From the NCBI GenBank assembly GCA_947623775.1, contig CANQHL010000003.1, forward strand, positions 1 to 43,065: a stretch of 43,065 nucleotides of DNA, given 5' to 3'. This DNA is from an uncultured Clostridia bacterium. GTDB lineage: Bacteria; Bacillota; Clostridia; Christensenellales; UBA1242. This document shows positions 8,508-17,488 of the stretch, one piece after another. The notes beneath the pieces were generated by a model. The model ran no database searches, was not told the DNA's origin, and saw only the letters and a list, made by a program, of their open reading frames with translations. A program made the position numbers and the translations under genes. How positions within the stretch are numbered: the first letter of the stretch is position 1; the number at the start of each line of letters is the position of its first letter.

Positions 8508-9044
8508 TTATCTCACAATTTCTTCATTATAATCATCGTCGCGTTTATATTTATCAAAATATTCTTCCCTTTGCTTGCGTAAACGTTTGAGCGTTCTTGT
8601 AGTGTTGACTACATTCATAATTGTAATGCCGACATTTGCAGCATTTATACCAATAACGCCTACAAGACGCATTATAGAAAAATCCTCATTGCGTTGAAGC
8701 ATAACTTGGAATTTCTCATTTCCAACATTTTCTTTTTCAATCGACGATTTTATAAAAGACCATTCATCTAAATCGTCCATTTGCTCATTTGCTTCGCTTG
8801 GAGTGATTTCATTATTATCAAGTTTTTCTTGAATTTCTTGAATTTTTTCTTCTTTAAATTGCTGATAAACTTCAGTTTCTTGATATTGGTTTATAATATC
8901 GTCTTTTATATTTCCAGCCTGCACCATTCCACCAACCCAGAGACCAAAAGATGCCAAAGCCAATGTTCCAAGCCCTGAAATTGTAGCAACGAGTGCAAGA
9001 TTTCTTCGTAAACTATCTTTAACCACACCATTATTTTTTGCCAT
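8508..9044 (-). CDS. array paralog 1 (most divergent, own transcription unit), tail DYNEEIVR
   Basis: TM1, LDNNEITPSEA, TM2, charged tail. Confidence 0.85.
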   Translation of the reverse strand: MAKNNGVVKDSLRRNLALVATISGLGTLALASFGLWVGGMVQAGNIKDDIINQYQETEVYQQFKEEKIQEIQEKLDNNEITPSEANEQMDDLDEWSFIKSSIEKENVGNEKFQVMLQRNEDFSIMRLVGVIGINAANVGITIMNVVNTTRTLKRLRKQREEYFDKYKRDDDYNEEIVR

Positions 9045-9061
9045 TGTCTACCTCTGTAAAT

Positions 9062-9127
9062 ATTATATAGCATTTTCAAAAAAAGTCAATATTTACTTTG
9101 CAAAAAATTAACAATTAAGATTATAAT
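9062..9127. promoter_or_regulatory. back-to-back sigmaA-like promoters
   Basis: Minus: TTGACT(9084-9089)-N16-TATAAT(9062-9067). Plus: TTGCAA(9098-9103)-N18-TATAAT(9122-9127). Confidence 0.55.
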
Positions 9128-9132
9128 CCATG

Positions 9133-9345
9133 CAGACTGAATAAAGAAAGGCAAAACTATATCTCACCATTTGCGTTTTTCGCTTGGTGTCAAAGTTTGC
9201 CTTTCGCCCTTTTCCCTCTCATCATCGCAATCTTACTTTCTCACATAAAAGACAAGTAATCACCTTATATGTCTATTGTTCATTTTAAGTAACACAGAAA
9301 GTAAAATTTTTTAAATTTACGACCACTAAGTTTCCATTTAGTCTG
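9133..9345 (+). ncRNA. candidate structured ncRNA (~213 nt)
   Basis: 10-bp closing stem (9133-9142/9336-9345) enclosing two hairpins; begins 5 nt after a TATAAT box. Confidence 0.45.
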
Positions 9346-9362
9346 AAATAGGTGTTAAAAAT

Positions 9363-9542
9363 TTATTTTTGCTCATCTTTTTTATTAGATTTTTTTGCTT
9401 TTTTCTCAATTTTTTCAACTTCTTGCTTCACTGCCTTTTCGCCTTTATCAACTGCTTGTTTGGCACATTCTGAATATTTGTAAAGAAGTGCACCTGTCAC
9501 AAGCCCCATACTGAAGCCAAGCAACATTAATACATCTTTCAT
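9363..9542 (-). CDS. small membrane-anchored protein (YtxH-like architecture)
   Basis: Start moved to MKDVLMLLG (GGAGG SD); hydrophobic G-x3-G-x3-G N-terminus, K/E-rich helix. Confidence 0.7.
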   Translation of the reverse strand: MKDVLMLLGFSMGLVTGALLYKYSECAKQAVDKGEKAVKQEVEKIEKKAKKSNKKDEQK

Positions 9543-9725
9543 AACTTCCTCCTCGATTATAGTTTGTGCCATATTTAATAATTTATACAGTAATGAATAA
9601 AAACATAAATCATCTTAAATTTGTGTAAAAACTCTTAAAATTGCAAAAAAACAGGCTTTTTTATTAAATTTTAAGTGATTTTCATTAAATTATCACAAAT
9701 TTTGCTTGTTAGACGCTGAAAATCC

Positions 9726-9761
9726 AAAAAAAATATCCTAAACTTTTTAGGATATTTTTTT
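9726..9761. terminator. terminator after iscU
   Basis: AAAAAAATATCCTAAA-CTT-TTTAGGATATTTTTTT. Confidence 0.75.
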
Positions 9762-10148
9762 CTATTTTTTTGTTTCCTTTTCTTTTCTCTTGTAATAATC
9801 TTCTATTGCTGCTCTTATTGCCTCAACTGCAAGGTTTGCAGTGTAATCTCTGCTTTCTGGAACAGGTCCCATTTCTTCAAGAATTTGATAATGATTTGTT
9901 CTTAAAGCGGCTTCCAATGAACGCCCCTCAATCAATGAACAAGCAACATCAAGTGCAACAATTGTGCAAACTCCGCCATATGCTTTGAATTTTGCTTCAG
10001 TTATCACATTATCATCATTGACAGAAATATATAACCTTACTTGATCACCGCACTCTTCATTTTCACATCTTCCTGTGCCGTTTGCACCTCTAAGGCCACC
10101 TGCATATTTCGGACTAACAAATCTTTCTATAATTTTTTCACTATACAT
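9762..10148 (-). CDS. iscU: Fe-S cluster scaffold, IscU/NifU-N family
   Basis: MYSEKIIERF..P..AG, ECGD, FKAYGG; follows a cysteine desulfurase. Confidence 0.85.
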   Translation of the reverse strand: MYSEKIIERFVSPKYAGGLRGANGTGRCENEECGDQVRLYISVNDDNVITEAKFKAYGGVCTIVALDVACSLIEGRSLEAALRTNHYQILEEMGPVPESRDYTANLAVEAIRAAIEDYYKRKEKETKK

Positions 10149-10150
10149 AA

Positions 10151-11326
10151 TTACTTCCTCCCTGCTTTGGTAAGTGCTGAAATCGATCTCAATTTAGCAA
10201 CCGACTTTTCAAGTACATCAACGGTGTAATCTATATCCTCTTTGGTTAAATTTTTACCAAATGAAAATCTTATAGAACTGTTTGCAATTTCATCTTCAAG
10301 TCCCATAGCCTTTAATACATGTGACTGAGTGAGTGAATTTGATGTGCATGCACTGCCTGCCGAAACTGCAATCCCCTCAAGGTCAAGAAGCATAAGCAAA
10401 GATTCTTTATCAACCATTTCAAAGCAAAGATTTAAAATTGTGTTTACTTTTTGCATTGGATGGCCATTTACTTCAACAAATTCAATTCTATCATGAACGC
10501 ATTTTAAGAAATAATCTCTTACGCTTTTCATCTTTTGTGCATTTACTGCCATATCTCTTACTGCAACTTCAACGGCTTTGCCAAAACCTGCAACTGCTGG
10601 CACGTCAACTGTTCCGCCTCTTTTTCCACGTTCTGCACTTCCGCCATAGATGAGATTTTCTATTCTTATACCCTCTTTAAGATATAAGCAACCAACCCCT
10701 TTTGGTCCGTAAATTTTGTGACCTGTAATTGTCATAGCGTCAATTTCCATGTCTTTAACATCAATTTTGAGATTTCCTATTGCTTGGCTTGCGTCTGTGT
10801 GGAAGATTATGCCATAATCATGAGCAATCTTTGCAATTGTTTTGATGTTTTGAATTGTTCCAACTTCGTTGTTTACAGCCATAATGGAAATTAATGTTGT
10901 TTCATTTTTTATCTCATGCAAAAGTTGACCTAAATCAACAAGCCCATGTTTGTCAACAGGAAGATATGTAACCTCATATCCCTCTTCTTCCAATACGGCA
11001 CAAGCATCAAGAATTGACTTGTGTTCTATTTGGCTTACTATAATGTGTTTTCCTTTGCTTGAATAAGCGTGAGCAATTCCTCTTATTGCCCAGTTGTTTG
11101 CTTCCGTTCCACCGGAAGTGAAATAAATTTCATTTGCTTTTTCCGCATTGATTGCATTTTTGATGCGGTCTCTTGCTCTATCCACAACACCGGCAGCCAT
11201 TCTGCCAAAACTGTGTAAGGTGTTGGCATTGCCATAAATGGCGTTGAAGCAAGGCATCATTTCATTTAATACTTCATTTGATACATAGGTTGTTGAAGCA
11301 TAATCGAAATAAACTTTTTTAGACAT
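10151..11326 (-). CDS. iscS: cysteine desulfurase
   Basis: YFDYASTT, FTSGGTEANN, GHKIYGPKG (PLP Lys), SAGSAC. Confidence 0.93.
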   Translation of the reverse strand: MSKKVYFDYASTTYVSNEVLNEMMPCFNAIYGNANTLHSFGRMAAGVVDRARDRIKNAINAEKANEIYFTSGGTEANNWAIRGIAHAYSSKGKHIIVSQIEHKSILDACAVLEEEGYEVTYLPVDKHGLVDLGQLLHEIKNETTLISIMAVNNEVGTIQNIKTIAKIAHDYGIIFHTDASQAIGNLKIDVKDMEIDAMTITGHKIYGPKGVGCLYLKEGIRIENLIYGGSAERGKRGGTVDVPAVAGFGKAVEVAVRDMAVNAQKMKSVRDYFLKCVHDRIEFVEVNGHPMQKVNTILNLCFEMVDKESLLMLLDLEGIAVSAGSACTSNSLTQSHVLKAMGLEDEIANSSIRFSFGKNLTKEDIDYTVDVLEKSVAKLRSISALTKAGRK

Positions 11327-11414
11327 TTTACACCCCTTTACATAATTAATATTTTAACACGAACCACTTATAAAGTCAATAGCAATTAAAATTAAAAATA
11401 AAAAAAGTTAAAAT

Positions 11415-11732
11415 TTAGTCTTTTTGTGCTAAATTTTCAAGTATTTCAATAATTTCATCTTCCTGCCATACGCCAATGTGGCTTTCTTTTCGCTCTCCAT
11501 CTTTGTAAATCATAATGGTCGGGATTGATTTTATATTGAATTCTTCTGTAAGTTTTGTGCTTTGATCTACGTCAACTTTTATTATTTTTACTTTGTTGTC
11601 GGTCTGCTCCTCAATTTGTTCGAGAACTTGCTCCATTATGTGACAAGGTCCGCACCATGTTGCAAAAAAATCAACGACAACAAGTCCTTGCGCAACCTCA
11701 TCATTAAATTCATTTTCATTTATTACTTTCAT
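11415..11732 (-). CDS. trxA: thioredoxin
   Basis: DFFATWCGPC, SIPT. Confidence 0.93.
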   Translation of the reverse strand: MKVINENEFNDEVAQGLVVVDFFATWCGPCHIMEQVLEQIEEQTDNKVKIIKVDVDQSTKLTEEFNIKSIPTIMIYKDGERKESHIGVWQEDEIIEILENLAQKD

Positions 11733-12406
11733 ATTTCCCCCTCAATTATTTTGTTTACCACCACAGCCGATAAAAAGCAACCGCATGCTGCAGGATAATA
11801 ACTTATGCTTGCCACCACCTTTCCAACTTTTTGTGGCGGTAATTTGCTTGTGACCACTTCAAGGTCTTTAACGCCTTTTTCTCTTAATAATTGTCTCACC
11901 CTCTTGGCAAGTCTATCATTTGATGTTTGAAAAATGTCTTTTACAGTAAATTCAGGAAGTGAATATCTGTTTCCTGCACCCATAGAAGATATGATTGGAA
12001 TGTTGTGTTGTTTACAATAGACAATTAAACTTATTTTATCATTTATGCTATCAATTGCATCAACAACTAAATTAGTTTTTCCAATTAGAGTGTTTATATT
12101 CTCGCTTGTGAGGCGTTTGTCAATTGCTTCAATTTCTGCCCCCTCATCAATTTCATGAAGCATTTTTTCCAAAACATCAACCTTTTTCTTGCCCAGTGTG
12201 CTTTTGTATGCAACAATTTGGCGATTTATGTTTGAGGAAGATACAGTGTCAAAATCAATTATACGCACTCTTCCTACACCCGCCCTTACAAGCATGGTTG
12301 CAACATATCCCCCAACGCCGCCAACGCCGACAATGGTTATATGTTTTGAGCGTAATTTTTTTAAATTATCTTCGCCCAATAATAACAAAGTTCTTGATGT
12401 GTCCAT
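11729..12406 (-). CDS. tcdA: ThiF-family tRNA threonylcarbamoyladenosine dehydratase
   Basis: GVGGVG, DFDTVSSSNINRQ, VVDAID, SSMGAG. Confidence 0.85.
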   Translation of the reverse strand: MDTSRTLLLLGEDNLKKLRSKHITIVGVGGVGGYVATMLVRAGVGRVRIIDFDTVSSSNINRQIVAYKSTLGKKKVDVLEKMLHEIDEGAEIEAIDKRLTSENINTLIGKTNLVVDAIDSINDKISLIVYCKQHNIPIISSMGAGNRYSLPEFTVKDIFQTSNDRLAKRVRQLLREKGVKDLEVVTSKLPPQKVGKVVASISYYPAACGCFLSAVVVNKIIEGEI

Positions 12407-12413
12407 TTTTGCC

Positions 12414-13709
12414 CTATAATATATATTTTGTTAAATCATACTTTTTCTTTGAATCTTTAAAAACATTCTGCACGTAATTTCTATCTATTGTAACATCGAG
12501 CATAGGATGCGTGCCGGAGGCATTAAAGGAAATGTCCTCAAGCAAACTTTCCATTATGGTGTGCAATCTTCTTGCCCCGATATTTTCGCTTGTCTCATTT
12601 TCTTCCTCTGCCATTTCTGCTATTTCATCAAGTGCATCATCTGTAAAAATCAAATTTATGTTGTCTACGGCAAGCAATTGCGAGTACTGTGTTGTGACTG
12701 AATTTTTAGGTTCTAATAGAATTCTCTTAAAATCCGCCTTTGTCAAACTGTCAAGGTCAACTCTTATAGGAAATCTTCCCTGAAGTTCTGGAATCATATC
12801 TTCAATTTTTGAAACATGGAAAGCACCCGCTGCAATAAATAATATGAAATCTGTTTTTACATTGCCATATTTTGTTGCAACCGTGCTGCCTTCAACGATT
12901 GGCAAAATATCACGCTGAACACCCTCTCTTGAAACATCTGCAGTAGTAGTTGTGCTAGGTTTCCCTATAATTTTGTCTATTTCATCAATAAAGATTATGC
13001 CCTCTTCCTCAGTTCTTCTTATTGCCTCGGCATAAACATTGTCTTTATCAATGATTTTATCGCATTCTTCTTGCGTTAAAAGTTCTCTTGCTCGAGAAAT
13101 GGGCAATTTTCGTTTGTGTCTGCGTTGAGGTAGAAGCCCATCAAACATGTTTCCAATTGCAATTTCAGGTCCACCAATTGCCATAATTGGTTTTGCATTG
13201 TCAAGAACGCTTAACTCCACTTGCTCATTTTCAAGTTTGCCCGCTTGCAAATCTTGATAAACAAGAGTTTTGTCAACGGTTAAATTTTGAGCACGCCTTG
13301 AATCACAAATGGCATCTGTCAATTTTGCGTCAACATCAGGTTTTACCTTTGCCTCAACTTCATGAGCTTTTTCATCTTTAACTATTCTAACCGCAACTTC
13401 CACAAGGTCACGAACCATGCTTTCAACATCACGGCCGACATATCCAACCTCTGTGTACTTTGTGGCTTCAATTTTAATAAAAGGTGCCCCAACAAGTTTG
13501 GCAAGTCGCCTTGCAATTTCAGTTTTACCAACGCCCGTCGGCCCTCGCATAATTATATTTTTTGGAGTTATTTCATCCCTCAACTCTTTTGGCAAACTGC
13601 TTCTTCTATATCTGTTTCGCAGTGCAATTGCAACCGCTCTTTTTGCCCTGTCTTGCCCGATTATATATTTGTCAAGTTCATCAACTATTTCACGTGGTGT
13701 CATATTCAT
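12414..13709 (-). CDS. hslU: HslUV protease ATPase subunit
   Basis: Start moved to MNMTPREIV (GGAGG SD); GPTGVGKT, GYVG, FIDEIDK, GARRL. Confidence 0.96.
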   Translation of the reverse strand: MNMTPREIVDELDKYIIGQDRAKRAVAIALRNRYRRSSLPKELRDEITPKNIIMRGPTGVGKTEIARRLAKLVGAPFIKIEATKYTEVGYVGRDVESMVRDLVEVAVRIVKDEKAHEVEAKVKPDVDAKLTDAICDSRRAQNLTVDKTLVYQDLQAGKLENEQVELSVLDNAKPIMAIGGPEIAIGNMFDGLLPQRRHKRKLPISRARELLTQEECDKIIDKDNVYAEAIRRTEEEGIIFIDEIDKIIGKPSTTTTADVSREGVQRDILPIVEGSTVATKYGNVKTDFILFIAAGAFHVSKIEDMIPELQGRFPIRVDLDSLTKADFKRILLEPKNSVTTQYSQLLAVDNINLIFTDDALDEIAEMAEEENETSENIGARRLHTIMESLLEDISFNASGTHPMLDVTIDRNYVQNVFKDSKKKYDLTKYIL

Positions 13710-13710
13710 T

Positions 13711-14250
13711 TTACACCTCCTCAACTGTAATATGGTCGTTTGTAAAGACGCATATTTGTCCTGCAATTTCCAATGATTTTTTTGCTATTTCACTTGCGGA
13801 AAGATTGGTGTTTTGTTTAAGTGCCTTTGCTGCTGCAAGTGCATAATTGCCACCCGAACCTATCGCACAAACATCATCATCTGGTTCTATAACCTCACCG
13901 GTTCCACTTACAATCAAAAGTTTTTCTTTGTCTGCCACAATCATCATGGCATTTAATTGGCGTGCGGCCTTATCTTCTCTCCATGTGCCTGCAAGTTCAA
14001 CCGCACTACGCATAAGATTTCCAGAAAATTTATTTAACATATTTTCAAATCTTTCACATAGCGAGAATGCATCTGCGACACTTCCAGCAAATCCAATTAC
14101 AACTTTTCCATCATAAATTCTTCTCACCTTGTGTGCATTTGACTTAAAAATCACACTTTCGGATAGTGTAACTTGACCATCACCGGCAAGTGCAATTTTG
14201 CCATCTCTTTTAACACCGCAAATTGTCGTGCCTCTAAACATACTTTCCAT
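13711..14250 (-). CDS. hslV: HslUV protease peptidase subunit
   Basis: [25 protein letters not shown]. Confidence 0.96.
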   Translation of the reverse strand: MESMFRGTTICGVKRDGKIALAGDGQVTLSESVIFKSNAHKVRRIYDGKVVIGFAGSVADAFSLCERFENMLNKFSGNLMRSAVELAGTWREDKAARQLNAMMIVADKEKLLIVSGTGEVIEPDDDVCAIGSGGNYALAAAKALKQNTNLSASEIAKKSLEIAGQICVFTNDHITVEEV

Positions 14251-14305
14251 TTTTTTACTCCTTGATATAAAGTTTAAATTCTTTTTATTAAACTGTCAAA
14301 TAAAT

Positions 14306-16366
14306 TTAATTATTTTGTTTCGTATAGTCACATTCATGATTGCTGCAAACAATATTTTTCCCTTTTTGAACAAGATAACCACCACATTTTGGACATTTTT
14401 GCCCAGTTGGAATATCCCAGCTCATAAATTTGCAATTTTGATTGTTCGAGCAAGCAAAATATGTTCTTCCCGTTTTACTTCTTTTTTGCACCATTTTTGA
14501 ACCGCATTCAGGACAAACACCGACAAGTTTTTCCTCTATTTGTCTTGTGTTTCGGCATTTAGGAAAATTTGAACATGCCAAAAATTCTCCATATCGCCCC
14601 TTTCTTATAAGCATTTTATGCCCACATTTTTCACAAATTATATCTGTTTCCTTAGGCGGCTCTTTCATTGACACAGAACTTGCATCGGCTCGTACCAACA
14701 AATTTTCAAATCCATGCCAAAAACTTGCTACAACACTGTGCCAATCTTCATCTTTAACCGCAATATCATCAAGTCGGCTTTCCATATGTGCAGTAAATTT
14801 GACATTTATTACACCCGAGAAAAATTTGCTGAGGTATGAAGTTATTTTCGTTCCAAGTTCAGTTGGCACAAGATATTTCCCATCTTTTGTTGTGTACTTT
14901 CTTGTCTGCAAAATGGTTATAGTTGCAGCATAAGTTGCAGGTCTACCAATCCCTTTTTCTTCCATAGCCTTAACAAGACTTGCTTCTGTGTATCTTACAG
15001 GAGGTTTTGTAAATTTTTGTTCAGGAATGATTTTTTCACATTTCAATGTTTCATTCTCTTCAAGTTTAGGAAGTTTCCCTGCCATGCCATCCTTATTGTC
15101 ATCTTCAACAAATTCCTTATACACCGAAGTATAGCCCGGAAACTCCATAGTTTTGCCGTTTACCTTAAAACCATATCCCTCGCAATCAAAATTTACAGCA
15201 ACACTTGCATATTCAGCCTCAGACATCTGGCTTGCCAAAAATCTTTCATAAATCAATTTGTATAATTTGTAATTATCGCTTGTCAACGTTTCCTTTGCAA
15301 GTTGCGGGGTTATATCCATTGTAATTGGCCTTATTGCTTCATGCGCATCTTGTGCGGAATCCTTTGTATGATAAATATTTGGTTTTTCTGGAACAAACTC
15401 ATTTCCATACTTATTTTTAATAAACTCACGACAAGCATTTTGTGCATCTTGCGACACTCTTACAGAGTCTGTTCTTATATAGGTGATTAATGCAATTTTG
15501 CCCTCGCCTTTTATATCAACCCCCTCATACAATTGTTGAGCAGCCGCCGTTGTCTTTGCCAAACTCATGCCTAATTTATTTAATGCGTCTTGCTGCATTG
15601 TGCTTGTGGTGAAAGGTGCGGGTGCATGTGATTTGGTTTTTGATTTTTTAATTTCTTGTACAACAAAATCCTTGTCTTTTATTTCTTCCAATAATTTGTC
15701 TACTTCTTCTTTATTTTTAGGAACAAACTTCTTTTTGTTGTGAGTTGCAAGTGAAGCCTTAATTTGATTTGTTCCCTTTTTCAATTGAGCGGTAACAGTC
15801 CAAAACTCTTCAGGAACAAATTTACTTATTTCCTCTTCCCTTTCAACAACAAGTTTCAATGCCACAGATTGTACTCTTCCCGCACTCAATTTTGGAGCAA
15901 TCTTTTTGCAAATTATCGGTGAAACCTTATATCCAACCATTCGGTCAAGCACTCTTCTTGCCTGCTGGGCATCAACAAGTTTCAAGTCAATTTTTCTAGG
16001 GTGGCTTAACGCACTTGTAACTGCTTTCTTTGAAATTTCATTAAATTCAATACGGCATACTTTATCTTTATCATATCCTAAAACATAGGCAACATGCCAT
16101 GATATTGCCTCGCCCTCACGGTCGGGGTCGGTTGCAATCAAAACTTCATCTGCTTTTGCCGCCTTTGCTTTTAACTCCTTGATTAATTCCACTTTATCTG
16201 GAACAATCTCATACTTAGGTTCAAAATTGTTTTTTATGTCAATACCAAAACTCTTTTGAGGTAAATCTCTTATATGTCCTTTTGTGGCAAAAACTTCATA
16301 TCCCGAACCAAGATATTTTTTTAACGCCTCTCTTTTAAATGGTGACTCAATTATAACTAATTTCAT
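14306..16366 (-). CDS. topA: DNA topoisomerase I
   Basis: LVIIESP, ATDPDREGE, SAGRVQS, ITYIRTD, C-terminal Zn ribbons. Confidence 0.97.
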   Translation of the reverse strand: MKLVIIESPFKREALKKYLGSGYEVFATKGHIRDLPQKSFGIDIKNNFEPKYEIVPDKVELIKELKAKAAKADEVLIATDPDREGEAISWHVAYVLGYDKDKVCRIEFNEISKKAVTSALSHPRKIDLKLVDAQQARRVLDRMVGYKVSPIICKKIAPKLSAGRVQSVALKLVVEREEEISKFVPEEFWTVTAQLKKGTNQIKASLATHNKKKFVPKNKEEVDKLLEEIKDKDFVVQEIKKSKTKSHAPAPFTTSTMQQDALNKLGMSLAKTTAAAQQLYEGVDIKGEGKIALITYIRTDSVRVSQDAQNACREFIKNKYGNEFVPEKPNIYHTKDSAQDAHEAIRPITMDITPQLAKETLTSDNYKLYKLIYERFLASQMSEAEYASVAVNFDCEGYGFKVNGKTMEFPGYTSVYKEFVEDDNKDGMAGKLPKLEENETLKCEKIIPEQKFTKPPVRYTEASLVKAMEEKGIGRPATYAATITILQTRKYTTKDGKYLVPTELGTKITSYLSKFFSGVINVKFTAHMESRLDDIAVKDEDWHSVVASFWHGFENLLVRADASSVSMKEPPKETDIICEKCGHKMLIRKGRYGEFLACSNFPKCRNTRQIEEKLVGVCPECGSKMVQKRSKTGRTYFACSNNQNCKFMSWDIPTGQKCPKCGGYLVQKGKNIVCSNHECDYTKQNN

Positions 16367-16375
16367 TTGCTTCTC

Positions 16376-17476
16376 CTATTTGCATAGTGCAATCATGCCT
16401 CCCGGCAATCTTCTTATTATCTCATTTATTTCCAAAGTTGTCAAACAAGTATTCAAAATATTTATATTTAAATTTGTTATTTTTGCAACATCATCAATAT
16501 TTTTCATGCCATTTTCAAGGCAAGCACACACTTTTTCTTCTTCAACACTTAGTTGATAACCGCTATTTTTGGCTAAATTGTTATTTTGATTGTTGATGTT
16601 TATATGATAATCCGCCAATATATCACAGCCGCTCATCACCAGACTTGCCTGCCCGTCTTTGATTATTGTATTTGGAAGATATGATTTTTTGCTGTCTATC
16701 TGCCCCGGCAATGCGTACACATTTTTTCCATATTCTAAAGCATAGTTTTTTGTGTAAATTGTTCCGCTTTTCATTCCCGCTTCAGAAATTAACACGCCAT
16801 CTCCCAATCCGGCAATTATTCTGTTTCTAATTGGAAAAGTATATTTCTGAGCAACCGCTTTTGGACGATATTCGCTAACAAGCAAGCCACCTTTTTCAAC
16901 AATTTCATCGGCAAGCCCTTTATGCTGTGATGGAAAAATATTGTCAAATCCACCCGCGAGAACAGCTATTGTAAATCCTCCAACGCTAAGACATTTTCTA
17001 TGTGCAACGCCATCAATCCCATATGCCAATCCACTTACAATCACAATTCCACATGCCGCAACATCTTTCACAACCATTTCCGTTGATAAAATTCCATATC
17101 TTGATGGCTCTCTTGTCCCAACCACGGCAAGAGCGGGTTTTTCCATTAAATCATAATTGCCTTTGCAATATAGAATATTTGGTGCATCGGGAAGATTTAG
17201 CAATTTTGACGGATATTCCTCATCATAAATTGTCACAACCTTTATACCTCTTTCCGCCATTTCTTCTATATACTTGTCAACATTTTCTTCGCTTGCGTAT
17301 TCTTTCATTGCGGTGTATTGCTTGCCGGTCAAAACCTTGTCTGTCACTATGCCTGGACAATCAATAAAGCTTTTAAATGGATTTTTAATATCAACATATT
17401 CAATAACTTTATTATATTTAGAATTTGAAATATCAAATTGAGATAAAAATACGATAAACTTGCTGATTGCTTCCAT
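16376..17476 (-). CDS. dprA: DNA-processing protein DprA
   Basis: AVVGTR, IVSGLAYGID, FPIRNRIIAGL, C-terminal winged helix. Confidence 0.95.
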   Translation of the reverse strand: MEAISKFIVFLSQFDISNSKYNKVIEYVDIKNPFKSFIDCPGIVTDKVLTGKQYTAMKEYASEENVDKYIEEMAERGIKVVTIYDEEYPSKLLNLPDAPNILYCKGNYDLMEKPALAVVGTREPSRYGILSTEMVVKDVAACGIVIVSGLAYGIDGVAHRKCLSVGGFTIAVLAGGFDNIFPSQHKGLADEIVEKGGLLVSEYRPKAVAQKYTFPIRNRIIAGLGDGVLISEAGMKSGTIYTKNYALEYGKNVYALPGQIDSKKSYLPNTIIKDGQASLVMSGCDILADYHININNQNNNLAKNSGYQLSVEEEKVCACLENGMKNIDDVAKITNLNINILNTCLTTLEINEIIRRLPGGMIALCK

Positions 17477-17488
17477 TTTTCCTCCATT

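Noticed and set aside
3124-9044. Tail as Src-SH2 pYEEI ligand or type VII YxxxD/E signal
   Set aside because: Spacing is Y-x-E-E-I, one residue off YEEI, and position +4 is Ile rather than D/E.
3124-9044. Diversity-generating retroelement or invertase-driven shufflon
   Set aside because: No reverse transcriptase or recombinase in the window, all copies are co-oriented, and differences are not adenine-specific.
9146-9205. c-di-GMP-I (GEMM) riboswitch on the minus strand (GGCAAAC...ACGCAAA)
   Set aside because: No paired stem with a GNRA loop between the two motifs and no second GEMM hairpin.
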